Notes under the pieces: model-generated
Databases searched by the model: none
The model's input: only the letters and a program-made list of their open reading frames with translations
What the model was told of the DNA's origin: nothing
Shown: piece by piece, positions 26,477-34,914 of the stretch
Layout of the letters: each line of letters starts with the position of its first letter
How positions within the stretch are numbered: position 1 is the first letter of the stretch
Position numbers and translations under genes: made by a program
Source: an uncultured Gammaproteobacteria bacterium
Lineage (GTDB): Bacteria; Patescibacteriota; Microgenomatia; Levybacterales; UBA12049
NCBI GenBank assembly: GCA_964540055.1
Contig: CAZILC010000005.1
Span: forward strand, 5,597 to 69,596
DNA length: 64,000 bases
Direction: 5' to 3'

Positions 26477-27988
26477 ATGGCAGTTAAAAACCTCATAATC
26501 AAGAAACTCCTCGCAAAATACAAAGAAATCTCACAACTTAATAGAATCAGCGGACTACTCAATTGGGATCTCAATGCCAATCTTCCCAGTAAAGCCGCAC
26601 AGGATCGGGCTGAACAAAATGCTTATATTGCGACACTTATCACTGAAAAATGGCATGATCCGGATTTCAAAAAAATCGTTGCATCCGCTCAACAGGAAAA
26701 AGATCTGACTCCTGAAGAGCAGGCGATTGTCCGGAATATCATACACGCGACCAAATTTTTTTATAACGTCCCCAAAGAATTAATTATCAAACGGGAAAAA
26801 GTAACATCCATGGCATTTCCTGTTTGGAATATGGCCAGGGAAGAAAATGATTTCAAAAAATTCCTCCCGCATTTGAAAGAAATTTTTGAAATTAGTCAGC
26901 AAGTCGCCGGACATCTGGGATATAACACCAATCCATATGATGCGCTTTTGGATCAGTTTGAACCGGAATTAACAGCAAATGATTGCCAAGTATTATTTGA
27001 TGGACTAAAAGCGGAAATCGTTCCGCTGATTAAAAAAATAATGAAAAGCAAAGACTATTCCGACAAAGTACCGTTTGTAAATGATAGTCAGCATTATCCC
27101 AAAGATGATCAGCGAAAAATTATTGATTATGTTGTGCATAAAATGGGATTTGATTTCACATCGGGAAGAATTGATGTTTCACCACATCCTTTTACAACAA
27201 ATCTCGGCGCAAATGATATTCGCCTGACTACTCACTATAAAGATCAGGATTTTCGAGAATCCTTCAGCGCCACCATGCATGAAGCAGGTCATGGATTGTA
27301 TGAGCAGCGTGTTAATCCGAAATATGCATACACACCGCTTGAAGGCGGCGTCTCACTTGGGATTCATGAATCATTATCGCGTTTCTGGGAAAATATGGTT
27401 GGGAAAAATCCTGCATTTTTGCAAACAGTCACGCCAATAATCCAAACAATTTATAACCAGCAACTCGGACAAATCAATGAGCAAACACTCATCAAAGCAT
27501 TTAATATTGTCAAACCAAGCCTCATACGCATTTATGCTGATGAAGTGAGTTATTCATTGCACATTATTTTGCGGTTTGAAATGGAAAATGAATTAATCAA
27601 TAACAAAATTGCAATAAAAGATGCACCGGAGGCCTGGCGCGAGAAATCAAAAAAACTTTTTGGAATCTCGCCTGCGACTGATAAGGAAGGTATTTTGCAG
27701 GATGTTCATTGGACGTATGGTGCAATCGGTTACTTTCCATCGTACGCATTAGGAAACATTTACGGCGCACAATTTCTTCACAAGATGAAACAGGATTTTG
27801 ATTTTGATGGTGAGGTTGCACAAGGGAATTTGAAACCTGTTAAAGACTGGCTGGATGATCGTATTCATACACATGGAAGTTTGTATTATCCGAAAGAACT
27901 TTTGAAACGAGTGACAGGAGAAAAAATTAATCACAAATACTTTATCGATTATCTGACAAAGAAATATACGAAAATTTATAGTCTTTAA
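26477..27988 (+). CDS. M32 carboxypeptidase (Taq-type metallocarboxypeptidase)
   Basis: HEAGHGLYE (HExxH), GIHESLSRFWEN and DVHW motifs; 503 aa. Confidence 0.9.
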   Translation: MAVKNLIIKKLLAKYKEISQLNRISGLLNWDLNANLPSKAAQDRAEQNAYIATLITEKWHDPDFKKIVASAQQEKDLTPEEQAIVRNIIHATKFFYNVPKELIIKREKVTSMAFPVWNMAREENDFKKFLPHLKEIFEISQQVAGHLGYNTNPYDALLDQFEPELTANDCQVLFDGLKAEIVPLIKKIMKSKDYSDKVPFVNDSQHYPKDDQRKIIDYVVHKMGFDFTSGRIDVSPHPFTTNLGANDIRLTTHYKDQDFRESFSATMHEAGHGLYEQRVNPKYAYTPLEGGVSLGIHESLSRFWENMVGKNPAFLQTVTPIIQTIYNQQLGQINEQTLIKAFNIVKPSLIRIYADEVSYSLHIILRFEMENELINNKIAIKDAPEAWREKSKKLFGISPATDKEGILQDVHWTYGAIGYFPSYALGNIYGAQFLHKMKQDFDFDGEVAQGNLKPVKDWLDDRIHTHGSLYYPKELLKRVTGEKINHKYFIDYLTKKYTKIYSL

Positions 27989-28455
27989 ATCCTCTTTTTT
28001 ACCAAATTTTTCCGCTCATCTTCCCAAATTTCTGAGGATTTAGTTAAATATTCTTCGATAATCGCAAGTTCTTTTTGTGTGTATTTGGAAATTAATTTGT
28101 CCGTTTTCTCGCGAAGGGGTGTAAAAAAGGAGCCAACTTCTTTATTTCTTTTTTTAGATGCAGTAATCAAAACTCCCCGACGGTCTTTTGGATTGGGTTT
28201 TCTTTCAATAAGCTGCGCTTTTTCAAGTCTATCCAACATTGCAGTTGTTGCGCCTGTTGATAAACTAGTATGCTTTGAAATTTCTGATGGAGTAGCGAGT
28301 CCTTTAAAAAATATCAATGCCAAACATTCCATATCGGTGACATTAACTCCTAAACGTTCACCGACAGTATGACGGAAGAGCACCATGCTAATGCCAAACT
28401 CTCGACCGCTCATAATAACTTGTCTTTTTAATTCTTCTTTTATAATTTTTTTCAT
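27985..28455 (-). CDS. MarR family transcriptional regulator
   Basis: Winged helix: ...PSEISKHTSLSTGATTAMLDRLEKAQLIERKPNPKDRRGVLI... Divergent from a VOC gene. Confidence 0.85.
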   Translation of the reverse strand: MKKIIKEELKRQVIMSGREFGISMVLFRHTVGERLGVNVTDMECLALIFFKGLATPSEISKHTSLSTGATTAMLDRLEKAQLIERKPNPKDRRGVLITASKKRNKEVGSFFTPLREKTDKLISKYTQKELAIIEEYLTKSSEIWEDERKNLVKKRI

Positions 28456-28464
28456 TTTGCTCTC

Positions 28465-28503
28465 TTGACAATATCTCTAAAATAGAGTATCTTGATTTTA
28501 GAG
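28465..28503. promoter_or_regulatory. VOC-gene promoter overlapped by an inverted repeat (candidate MarR operator)
   Basis: TTGACA at 28465-28470, 17 nt, TATCTT at 28488-28493. CTCTAAAA (28475-28482) and TTTTAGAG (28496-28503) form an 8-bp inverted repeat, and TAGAG (28483-28487) pairs with CTCTA. Confidence 0.5.
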
Positions 28504-28524
28504 TAATTTTAATCAAAAAGCAAT

Positions 28525-28905
28525 ATGAAAGCAAAAAGTGTATCAGGATTTTCAATCTACGTTAAGGACATTGAAACAACAGCGAAATTTTATGACATGT
28601 TGGGTTTTCTAAAAAGCAAACAAGAATCAGGATACCTATCATTACGCATGAATTGGTATTTTGTCGATTTTCATCAGGAGGACAAAAAAGAAGTTCCAGA
28701 ATTTTATAAAGAAAAAGATCTCAACAATAAAGGCGAGGGAATTTTTATTTATTTAAGTGTTGATGATGTTGATGCGTATCATAAATTTCTTGTCGACCAA
28801 GGAATCAAACCCGCAAGTGAACCTGAAAATACTCCTTGGGGGAATAGGGAATTCATGGTCCTAGATCCGGATGGATATAAATTAGTTTTCTTCAAGAGGA
28901 TGTAA
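28525..28905 (+). CDS. VOC / glyoxalase family protein
   Basis: GFSIYVKDIETTAKFYDMLGF...PWGNREFMVLDPDGYKLVFF. Confidence 0.8.
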   Translation: MKAKSVSGFSIYVKDIETTAKFYDMLGFLKSKQESGYLSLRMNWYFVDFHQEDKKEVPEFYKEKDLNNKGEGIFIYLSVDDVDAYHKFLVDQGIKPASEPENTPWGNREFMVLDPDGYKLVFFKRM

Positions 28906-28933
28906 TTTTAAACTTCTAATTCTAATTAATATC

Positions 28934-29842
28934 TTAATAAAAGGCTTTGAATTTAATTCTATCTTTTTTTCCCACTTGCCGTAACATATTCATGTGTTGC
29001 TCAAATATTGCCAAACTCCCGGCATCTACTTCTGAATTTGCCAGGTCTATTCCATCTCTTTCTTCAGAATAGCGATGAAGTGGGATTCTCTTTTCACCTG
29101 GAGGTCTTGTCAGTTTTCCACTTGCAAGATTGATAGATACCTCTCCGGTATTATTTACATATGAGGTTATTTGCGTAAACGGAAAAAGTTCTTTACTATC
29201 TGCTACTTCTGGTACCAATGGTTGCACTGTCGAAGTAGCATATCTACCTCCATCATCGACAGATCCTATATATTCCGTTATTAAAACGCCATTAGATCCA
29301 TCAGGCATTCGTATACTATGCTTACGACCAAAATAAGTTGCAGTTACACCTGCTCTATTCTGCGTAATTGCATTATGGACTTGCATCTCGAGAGGATGAA
29401 CAGGTAGGAGTCTTTTTTCTACATCATCAGATGATTGCTGTGGCATTTCATATATAATATTGCTGGTAGGCTGTTTTCTCCCAGTTCGCAGTGCATCGGC
29501 AAGTGATCCCGGGTTTTCCAATACAAATGATTCTCCGGATTCCAAATCTATCAATCTTTTATCGACCCTTTTACGTTTTAGCATATCTGCTCCCAAGTTG
29601 CCTGAGATCACTACTAACCCCGCTGGAATAATTCCTAATATTACAGATGCAAAAGAAGGAACGCCACATACGTAAACCTCATAACCTGTCCCTGCTCCTG
29701 TCAGGACACCTGCAGTGTCAATAGCCAGACGGTTAATTAACTCTCGACTTGCAATTAGGGTTCCAGTGGTTGCTTTAAACCGATCACGTAATCTTACCGA
29801 TGGTTCTTTAACTGGCACGTTCCCTTTTATTCTTTCAGACAT
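28934..29842 (-). CDS. hypothetical membrane-associated ORFan (302 aa), Arg-rich, G+C-richer
   Basis: Two hydrophobic segments (AIDTAGVLTGAGTGYEVYVCGV; FASVILGIIPAGLVVISGNLGA) followed by a roughly 200-aa soluble part. TGcTATACT lies 7 nt before ATG 29842. I recognise no domain. Confidence 0.6.
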   Translation of the reverse strand: MSERIKGNVPVKEPSVRLRDRFKATTGTLIASRELINRLAIDTAGVLTGAGTGYEVYVCGVPSFASVILGIIPAGLVVISGNLGADMLKRKRVDKRLIDLESGESFVLENPGSLADALRTGRKQPTSNIIYEMPQQSSDDVEKRLLPVHPLEMQVHNAITQNRAGVTATYFGRKHSIRMPDGSNGVLITEYIGSVDDGGRYATSTVQPLVPEVADSKELFPFTQITSYVNNTGEVSINLASGKLTRPPGEKRIPLHRYSEERDGIDLANSEVDAGSLAIFEQHMNMLRQVGKKDRIKFKAFY

Positions 29843-29878
29843 GAGCAGAAGTATAGCATAACTTATGTTATAGGACTA

Positions 29879-30535
29879 TTAAATACTCAGTCGATTGCCG
29901 TTCCTTCTCAACCATGTCCGGTACTGCCGGTAGAGAGGATACATTTTACGAACCGTCTCCCAAAAATCCCTCGAGTGATTCATCTCCGTTAAATGCGCAA
30001 GTTCATGAGTGACCACATAATCTATTACCTCAAGAGGTGCCATCACCAATTTCCAGTTAAAATTTAATGTCTTGTTACTTGAACACGATCCCCAGCGGGT
30101 CTCAGCTGATGTGATTGCGACAGATTTAAAATCTAATCCTGCAATCTTTGCATAAAACTTTACCCGTGCTGCAATAATTCTTCGAGCTTCCTGCTTGTAC
30201 CAACTAGTAAGATAGGTTTTAACATATTTTTGATTTGGTGTCGCAACAGTAATCGCAGTATCTAAAACAGAAACTAATTCTTTTTGGCCGGGTTTTAATA
30301 CTAGTTGATATGCTTTTCCCAAGTATAAATAGTTTCCATCTGTCAAAACTGAAGCTTGCCTCGCAAGCATTCGTTGTTGTGCTGCTTTGATCCAGTCTTC
30401 TTTCTCTTTTAAAATGTGATTGACAAGAAATTTAGGATAGATCGTGGGAATAGATACTTTAACGTGAGCATTTGGGAGTACCTGAATACCGATGGATTTT
30501 CGTTTAGGCGAGCGAACGATCGTGACGTTTTCCAT
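29879..30535 (-). CDS. YgjP/DUF45 (M48-like, SprT-like fold) metal-dependent hydrolase
   Basis: WGSCSSNKTLNFNWKLVMAPLEVIDYVVTHELAHLTEMNHSRDFW. Start moved to ATG 30535 (MENVTIVRSPKRKSIGIQV), which has TGaTATAAT 10 nt upstream and removes the overlap with otsA. Confidence 0.85.
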   Translation of the reverse strand: MENVTIVRSPKRKSIGIQVLPNAHVKVSIPTIYPKFLVNHILKEKEDWIKAAQQRMLARQASVLTDGNYLYLGKAYQLVLKPGQKELVSVLDTAITVATPNQKYVKTYLTSWYKQEARRIIAARVKFYAKIAGLDFKSVAITSAETRWGSCSSNKTLNFNWKLVMAPLEVIDYVVTHELAHLTEMNHSRDFWETVRKMYPLYRQYRTWLRRNGNRLSI

Positions 30536-30647
30536 TTGGGAAATTATTATATCATGCAGTGCAAGAGTGGCAAAACTCTCTCCTGAACAAAATAAATACG
30601 AAAGATGAGCATGAAATAGCCTCAAGTTTATGGTAGAATAAGGCACT

Positions 30648-32888
30648 ATGAAACAAATTCTCGCGGCCGTTGGTCTTGTCGTTCTTATCATCACAATTAT
30701 CGCAGTTTATTTTACATGGACACATGTTGATGCCGAATCACAAAGACTCAAAGGAGATATTCAATACAGATCATATCTCGTAGCCGATAGTTTAAAAGGA
30801 ACAGTTGAACCGAATTTTACTAATAAATCGGATCAATATCTCCAGTCCGTTGTCGCAAATTTTGCTGATAAACAACGGCTCGCAGGCATTGCAATCGTTG
30901 ATAACACGGGAAAATATGTTGCCAAATCACCAAGTTTGAATAATGGCATTGCAAAATCCTCAACTTCAAATCAAATTATTACCGATGCGATGGATGGTGA
31001 TCAGGACAATGGAGATTTTGTGACGGTAAATAATAAAAGATATTATATTTATGCTTCCCCCCTTCATGATAAAAAAAGTGTTGTTGGCGGTCTTATCGTT
31101 ATTCAAAATGCAGGGTATATCTCAACGCAGCTGAATGATATCTGGAAAAGTGATTTGTTAAAACTCTTTCTGCAGGCATTTTTACTCTCCCTTGCAATCT
31201 TAATTATTCTCAGATGGATTATATTAATCCCACTTAAAAACCTTGTTGAATCTCTGCAAACCACTAGTCTGGGAACGAATAAAAAGAAATTGCCCAAAGT
31301 GTTTAATAATCCTTTTTTAAGCCCACTCATTAAAGAAGTAGGAACTATTCAGAAAAATTTAATTGAAGCCCGCATAGCGGCAAGTGAAGAAGCCAGGCTT
31401 CGATTGAAAAAATTTGATTCTCCCTGGACAACAGAACGACTGAAAGCCTTTGTCGCAGATATTCTCAAAGACAGAAAAATTTTTGTTGTGTCAAACCGTG
31501 AACCATACGTACATACCAAAGAGGGCAACACAATTGATTATCATTTTCCGGCAAGCGGCATGGTAACAGCAATCGAGCCGATCATGCAGGCAACGGGCGG
31601 CATGTGGATAGCACAAGGCAGTGGAAATGCAGACAAACTGGTTGTTGATGATAACGATACCATTGCTGTTCCACCAGGGGACCCATTATATACATTAAAA
31701 CGAGTCTGGCTTACACCTGAGGAAATCAAAGGTTTTTACGATGGTTTTTCCAATGAAGGAATTTGGCCACTTTGTCATATCGCGCATACGCGTCCGATAT
31801 TTAATAAAGATGATTGGCGGGAATATGTAAAAGTAAATGAAAAATTTGCGAGAACTGTTCTGAAGGAAATAAAAAACGAACAAAATCCGGTAGTCCTGGT
31901 GCAAGATTTTCATTTTGCACTGGTTCCACGACTCGTTAAAGACAAAAGACCTGATGCAACAATCGGCATGTTCTGGCATATCCCATGGCCCAATTCCGAA
32001 TCCTTCAGCATTTGTCCTTGGAAAAAAGAAATAATTGATGGGATGTTGGGTGCTGATATCATCGGGTTTCATACACAAACGCATTGCAATAATTTTATGA
32101 ATACAGTCGGTCGTGAACTCGAAGCACTTCGGGATATGGATACTTTCACCATCACAAAAAATAATCATACGACTGCAGTAAAACCATTTCCGATCAGCAT
32201 TGCATTTTCGAAACGTTCTACAGACCAGGAAAAATCGCAGGACACGCGAAGTAAAGATGCATTAAGAAAGATAGGAGTAAAAACAGATTATGTCGGCATT
32301 GGTGTAGACCGGCTTGATTATACGAAAGGAATAATTGAACGAATGCATGCGATAGAAATATTTCTTACGAAATATCCAGCATATATAGAAAAATTCACCT
32401 TTATCCAGATCTCAGCACCAAGCCGGACAGATATTCCCGAATATAAACAATTCGCAGAAAAAGTTGAGGAAGAAATAAACCGGATCAATAATAAATTTAA
32501 GAAAAATGACTGGAAACCGATACTTTTCCTGTATAAGCATCATTCACATGATGCAATTTATCCGTTGTACCGTGCAGCAAATGTGTGTCTGGTAACGTCA
32601 CTCCATGATGGGATGAATCTTGTTGCAAAGGAATTTGTCGCGGCACGTGATAATGAAAGGGGAGTATTGATCCTTAGCCAATTCACTGGCGCTTCACGCG
32701 AACTACGTGATGCACTTATTATAAACCCCTACAATGGTGAACAAACTGCCGAAGCGATCCATACAGCACTCACCATGAGAAGAGCCGAGCAAACGAGAAG
32801 AATGCGAAGAATGCGAGAAATCCTCCAAAGCTACAACATCTACCGCTGGTCCGCGGAACTTCTCAAAACAATGGTTGAATTGGGATAA
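30648..32888 (+). CDS. otsA: trehalose-6-phosphate synthase (GT20) fused to an N-terminal TM/extracytoplasmic sensor/TM/HAMP-like module
   Basis: The core starts at KIFVVSNREPYVH...GGMWIAQGSG...LKRVWL...FSNEGIWPLCH...VQDFHFALVP and ends ...LHDGMNLVAKEF. Residues 1 to about 265 contain two TM helices flanking about 150 aa, then an amphipathic linker. Confidence 0.9.
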   Translation: MKQILAAVGLVVLIITIIAVYFTWTHVDAESQRLKGDIQYRSYLVADSLKGTVEPNFTNKSDQYLQSVVANFADKQRLAGIAIVDNTGKYVAKSPSLNNGIAKSSTSNQIITDAMDGDQDNGDFVTVNNKRYYIYASPLHDKKSVVGGLIVIQNAGYISTQLNDIWKSDLLKLFLQAFLLSLAILIILRWIILIPLKNLVESLQTTSLGTNKKKLPKVFNNPFLSPLIKEVGTIQKNLIEARIAASEEARLRLKKFDSPWTTERLKAFVADILKDRKIFVVSNREPYVHTKEGNTIDYHFPASGMVTAIEPIMQATGGMWIAQGSGNADKLVVDDNDTIAVPPGDPLYTLKRVWLTPEEIKGFYDGFSNEGIWPLCHIAHTRPIFNKDDWREYVKVNEKFARTVLKEIKNEQNPVVLVQDFHFALVPRLVKDKRPDATIGMFWHIPWPNSESFSICPWKKEIIDGMLGADIIGFHTQTHCNNFMNTVGRELEALRDMDTFTITKNNHTTAVKPFPISIAFSKRSTDQEKSQDTRSKDALRKIGVKTDYVGIGVDRLDYTKGIIERMHAIEIFLTKYPAYIEKFTFIQISAPSRTDIPEYKQFAEKVEEEINRINNKFKKNDWKPILFLYKHHSHDAIYPLYRAANVCLVTSLHDGMNLVAKEFVAARDNERGVLILSQFTGASRELRDALIINPYNGEQTAEAIHTALTMRRAEQTRRMRRMREILQSYNIYRWSAELLKTMVELG

Positions 32889-32892
32889 TTTT

Positions 32893-33399
32893 ATGATAAA
32901 TTCACCTGAACGTATAATCGCAAATATGCTTATTGAACACTCGAGATTTGCTTGGCGTGCTGAAAGAGAAGCTGATACGAGGGATATTGCAAGGCTTGGT
33001 GAATTACTCACTGAAGACGCTAGTTTTGTAAGTGGAAAAATTTATAAAACCCGAAACGGTATGGCAGGTTATGCAATGAGAAATGTAACGTTACTTACTG
33101 ATGGTAGTCTACGAGCAGGTGAAGCCCCTAGTGACAATGCAGCTGTTAGCCTTGCCGGAATTACTTTATATAACTCAAACCAAGTAATACTTCCTAACCC
33201 GATATTTGGTGAAGAATTTGCATATAGAAGTTTTATGCATGTAGTTGACCTTCGAGAAGGAACACCAGCTTACGAAATACCTATGCTTCCAAATGTCGCA
33301 ATGAGAATCGATACGAATGCTGTCCGTCTGCTTCCAGGATGGAGAAGAAGACAAATGGCACATTTAGCAAGAGAACTCCTTGCGCCACCTCATCGATAA
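32893..33399 (+). CDS. hypothetical ORFan (168 aa), Arg-rich
   Basis: Starts 5 nt after the otsA stop (ATG 32893 preferred to the track's TTG at 32875). I recognise no motif. Confidence 0.55.
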   Translation: MINSPERIIANMLIEHSRFAWRAEREADTRDIARLGELLTEDASFVSGKIYKTRNGMAGYAMRNVTLLTDGSLRAGEAPSDNAAVSLAGITLYNSNQVILPNPIFGEEFAYRSFMHVVDLREGTPAYEIPMLPNVAMRIDTNAVRLLPGWRRRQMAHLARELLAPPHR

Positions 33400-33450
33400 A
33401 AAATCATTTTTGAATTTGCATTTTTAATATATTAATAGTATATTAGTCCC

Positions 33451-33621
33451 ATGAGTAAAAGTAAGCGTGGATTTGCCAGCATGTCGTTGGCAAAAAGAAC
33501 AGCCATTGCTAAATCCGGCGGTGTGAAAGCACACCAGCTCGGTAAAGCCCATCAATTTACCCGGGAAGAAGCAATTCAAGCCGGACGTAAAGGCGGAAAA
33601 GCAAGAAAAAATACTAAGTAG
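33451..33621 (+). CDS. KGG-repeat general stress protein (56 aa; below the ORF-track size cutoff)
   Basis: MSKSKRGFASMSLAKRTAIAKSGGVKAHQLGKAHQFTREEAIQAGRKGGKARKNTK*. The RGFASM...(K/S)GG...H.FT.EEA..AGRKGG pattern is characteristic of the stress-induced KGG motif family. TATATT lies 6 nt before the ATG. The antisense 68-aa track ORF (33424..33630) is the shadow of this gene. Confidence 0.75.
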   Translation: MSKSKRGFASMSLAKRTAIAKSGGVKAHQLGKAHQFTREEAIQAGRKGGKARKNTK

Positions 33622-34732
33622 ATTTTGCAATAGGTAAGCTGAAATAAAACGTTGCTCCTTTGCCTTTTTTGCTTTCTAGCCAAATTTTTCCTTCATGTAA
33701 TTTGATGATTTCTGATGCAATATATAACCCCAATCCAGTGCTTGTAGGTCTTGTGCGTACATCGTCAATCCTGAAAAATCTATCAAAAACAAATTTTTGT
33801 TTGTCTGCGGGAATCCCTTCACCAAAATCTTTAACAGAAGTCACTACAAATTTACCTTTTTTTTCAATAGCGATTTCAATCTGCGTTGAGCTGGGTGAAT
33901 GTTTAATAGAATTAGTTAATAAATTCATAAGCACTTGTGCAATTCTTGATTCATCTCCTTTTACAAAAGCTACTGTACTTTTTTTAAGAATAATCGTATG
34001 CTGATCGGACATATAGGTGAAATCTTCAATCAACTTTTTTACCAATGTTTTCATCTGAAACGAATCATACTGAACGGAAAATTTTCCTTCCTGCAATTTA
34101 CTTACATCTAATAAATCATCAATGAGACCAGTTAATTTATCAGTTTGCGAGACGATATTATTTAAAAACTTCAAATCTTGTTCTTTTTTCTCCTCAGCTC
34201 TATGGCGTTTTATGAGTAATTGTCCATAAGCACGGATTGATGTCAGTGGTGTCTTCAATTCGTGACTGGCAATACTCAAAAATTCGTTTTTTTGAAGTTC
34301 TAATAACTTACGTTCATTGATATCCTGCGAAATAACAACAACACCTCTTACATCAGGATTGTTGAGCTGATTATTATAAATCGTCTGCATCCAAAGCCAA
34401 GATCCATTTTTATGACGGACTCTGACTTCTTCTGTAAAATTTTGATTTGGATATTTAAACGTTTTTTTTAAAAGTTGATCTTTTATTATTGTGTCATCAG
34501 GATGAACTATACTTGAATGAATAAAATCGCCACCTATTCTAAATCCTGCTTCATAGCCGAGAATTTTTTTAATATTGGGACTCTGATAAATTATAAATCC
34601 TTTTTTATCTATAATTGTTACAATAATCGGTGCTTGATTGACGAGAAAAAGAAACCCGCCTTCAAGTTGCTGTAAACTTGATACGAGTGCAATATGTGAA
34701 GCATTTTTAGATGCTTTTTTTGTAGAGCTCAC
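33614..34732 (-). CDS. cytoplasmic PAS-domain sensor histidine kinase
   Basis: PAS region, H-box SHELKTPLTSI, and boxes NLLTNSIKHS, DFGEGI, GLGLY. GTG start. Confidence 0.9.
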   Translation of the reverse strand: MSSTKKASKNASHIALVSSLQQLEGGFLFLVNQAPIIVTIIDKKGFIIYQSPNIKKILGYEAGFRIGGDFIHSSIVHPDDTIIKDQLLKKTFKYPNQNFTEEVRVRHKNGSWLWMQTIYNNQLNNPDVRGVVVISQDINERKLLELQKNEFLSIASHELKTPLTSIRAYGQLLIKRHRAEEKKEQDLKFLNNIVSQTDKLTGLIDDLLDVSKLQEGKFSVQYDSFQMKTLVKKLIEDFTYMSDQHTIILKKSTVAFVKGDESRIAQVLMNLLTNSIKHSPSSTQIEIAIEKKGKFVVTSVKDFGEGIPADKQKFVFDRFFRIDDVRTRPTSTGLGLYIASEIIKLHEGKIWLESKKGKGATFYFSLPIAKST

Positions 34733-34801
34733 TCTTCTTGCATTTTACACCAAGATATACAAGATTTAAAGCTGAGCAGTTGTGAATCTACATATGAAAA
34801 T

Positions 34802-34830
34802 TTGACATATCTGTACAGGTTTTTTATAAT
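34802..34830 (+). promoter_or_regulatory. consensus promoter (TTGACA-17-TATAAT) upstream of the efflux operon
   Basis: TTGACA at 34802-34807 and TATAAT at 34825-34830. It would give a leader of about 78 nt containing the hairpin at 34857-34875. A second, proximal TGgTGTAAT (34900-34908) lies 6 nt before ATG 34915. Confidence 0.6.
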
Positions 34831-34914
34831 AGTCGAGCCTCTGAGAATTTTTAAAAAGGTCTTGTACTAAGACCTCATCTTGCCCTATTTCGTTCTTTCT
34901 GGTGTAATAGATAT

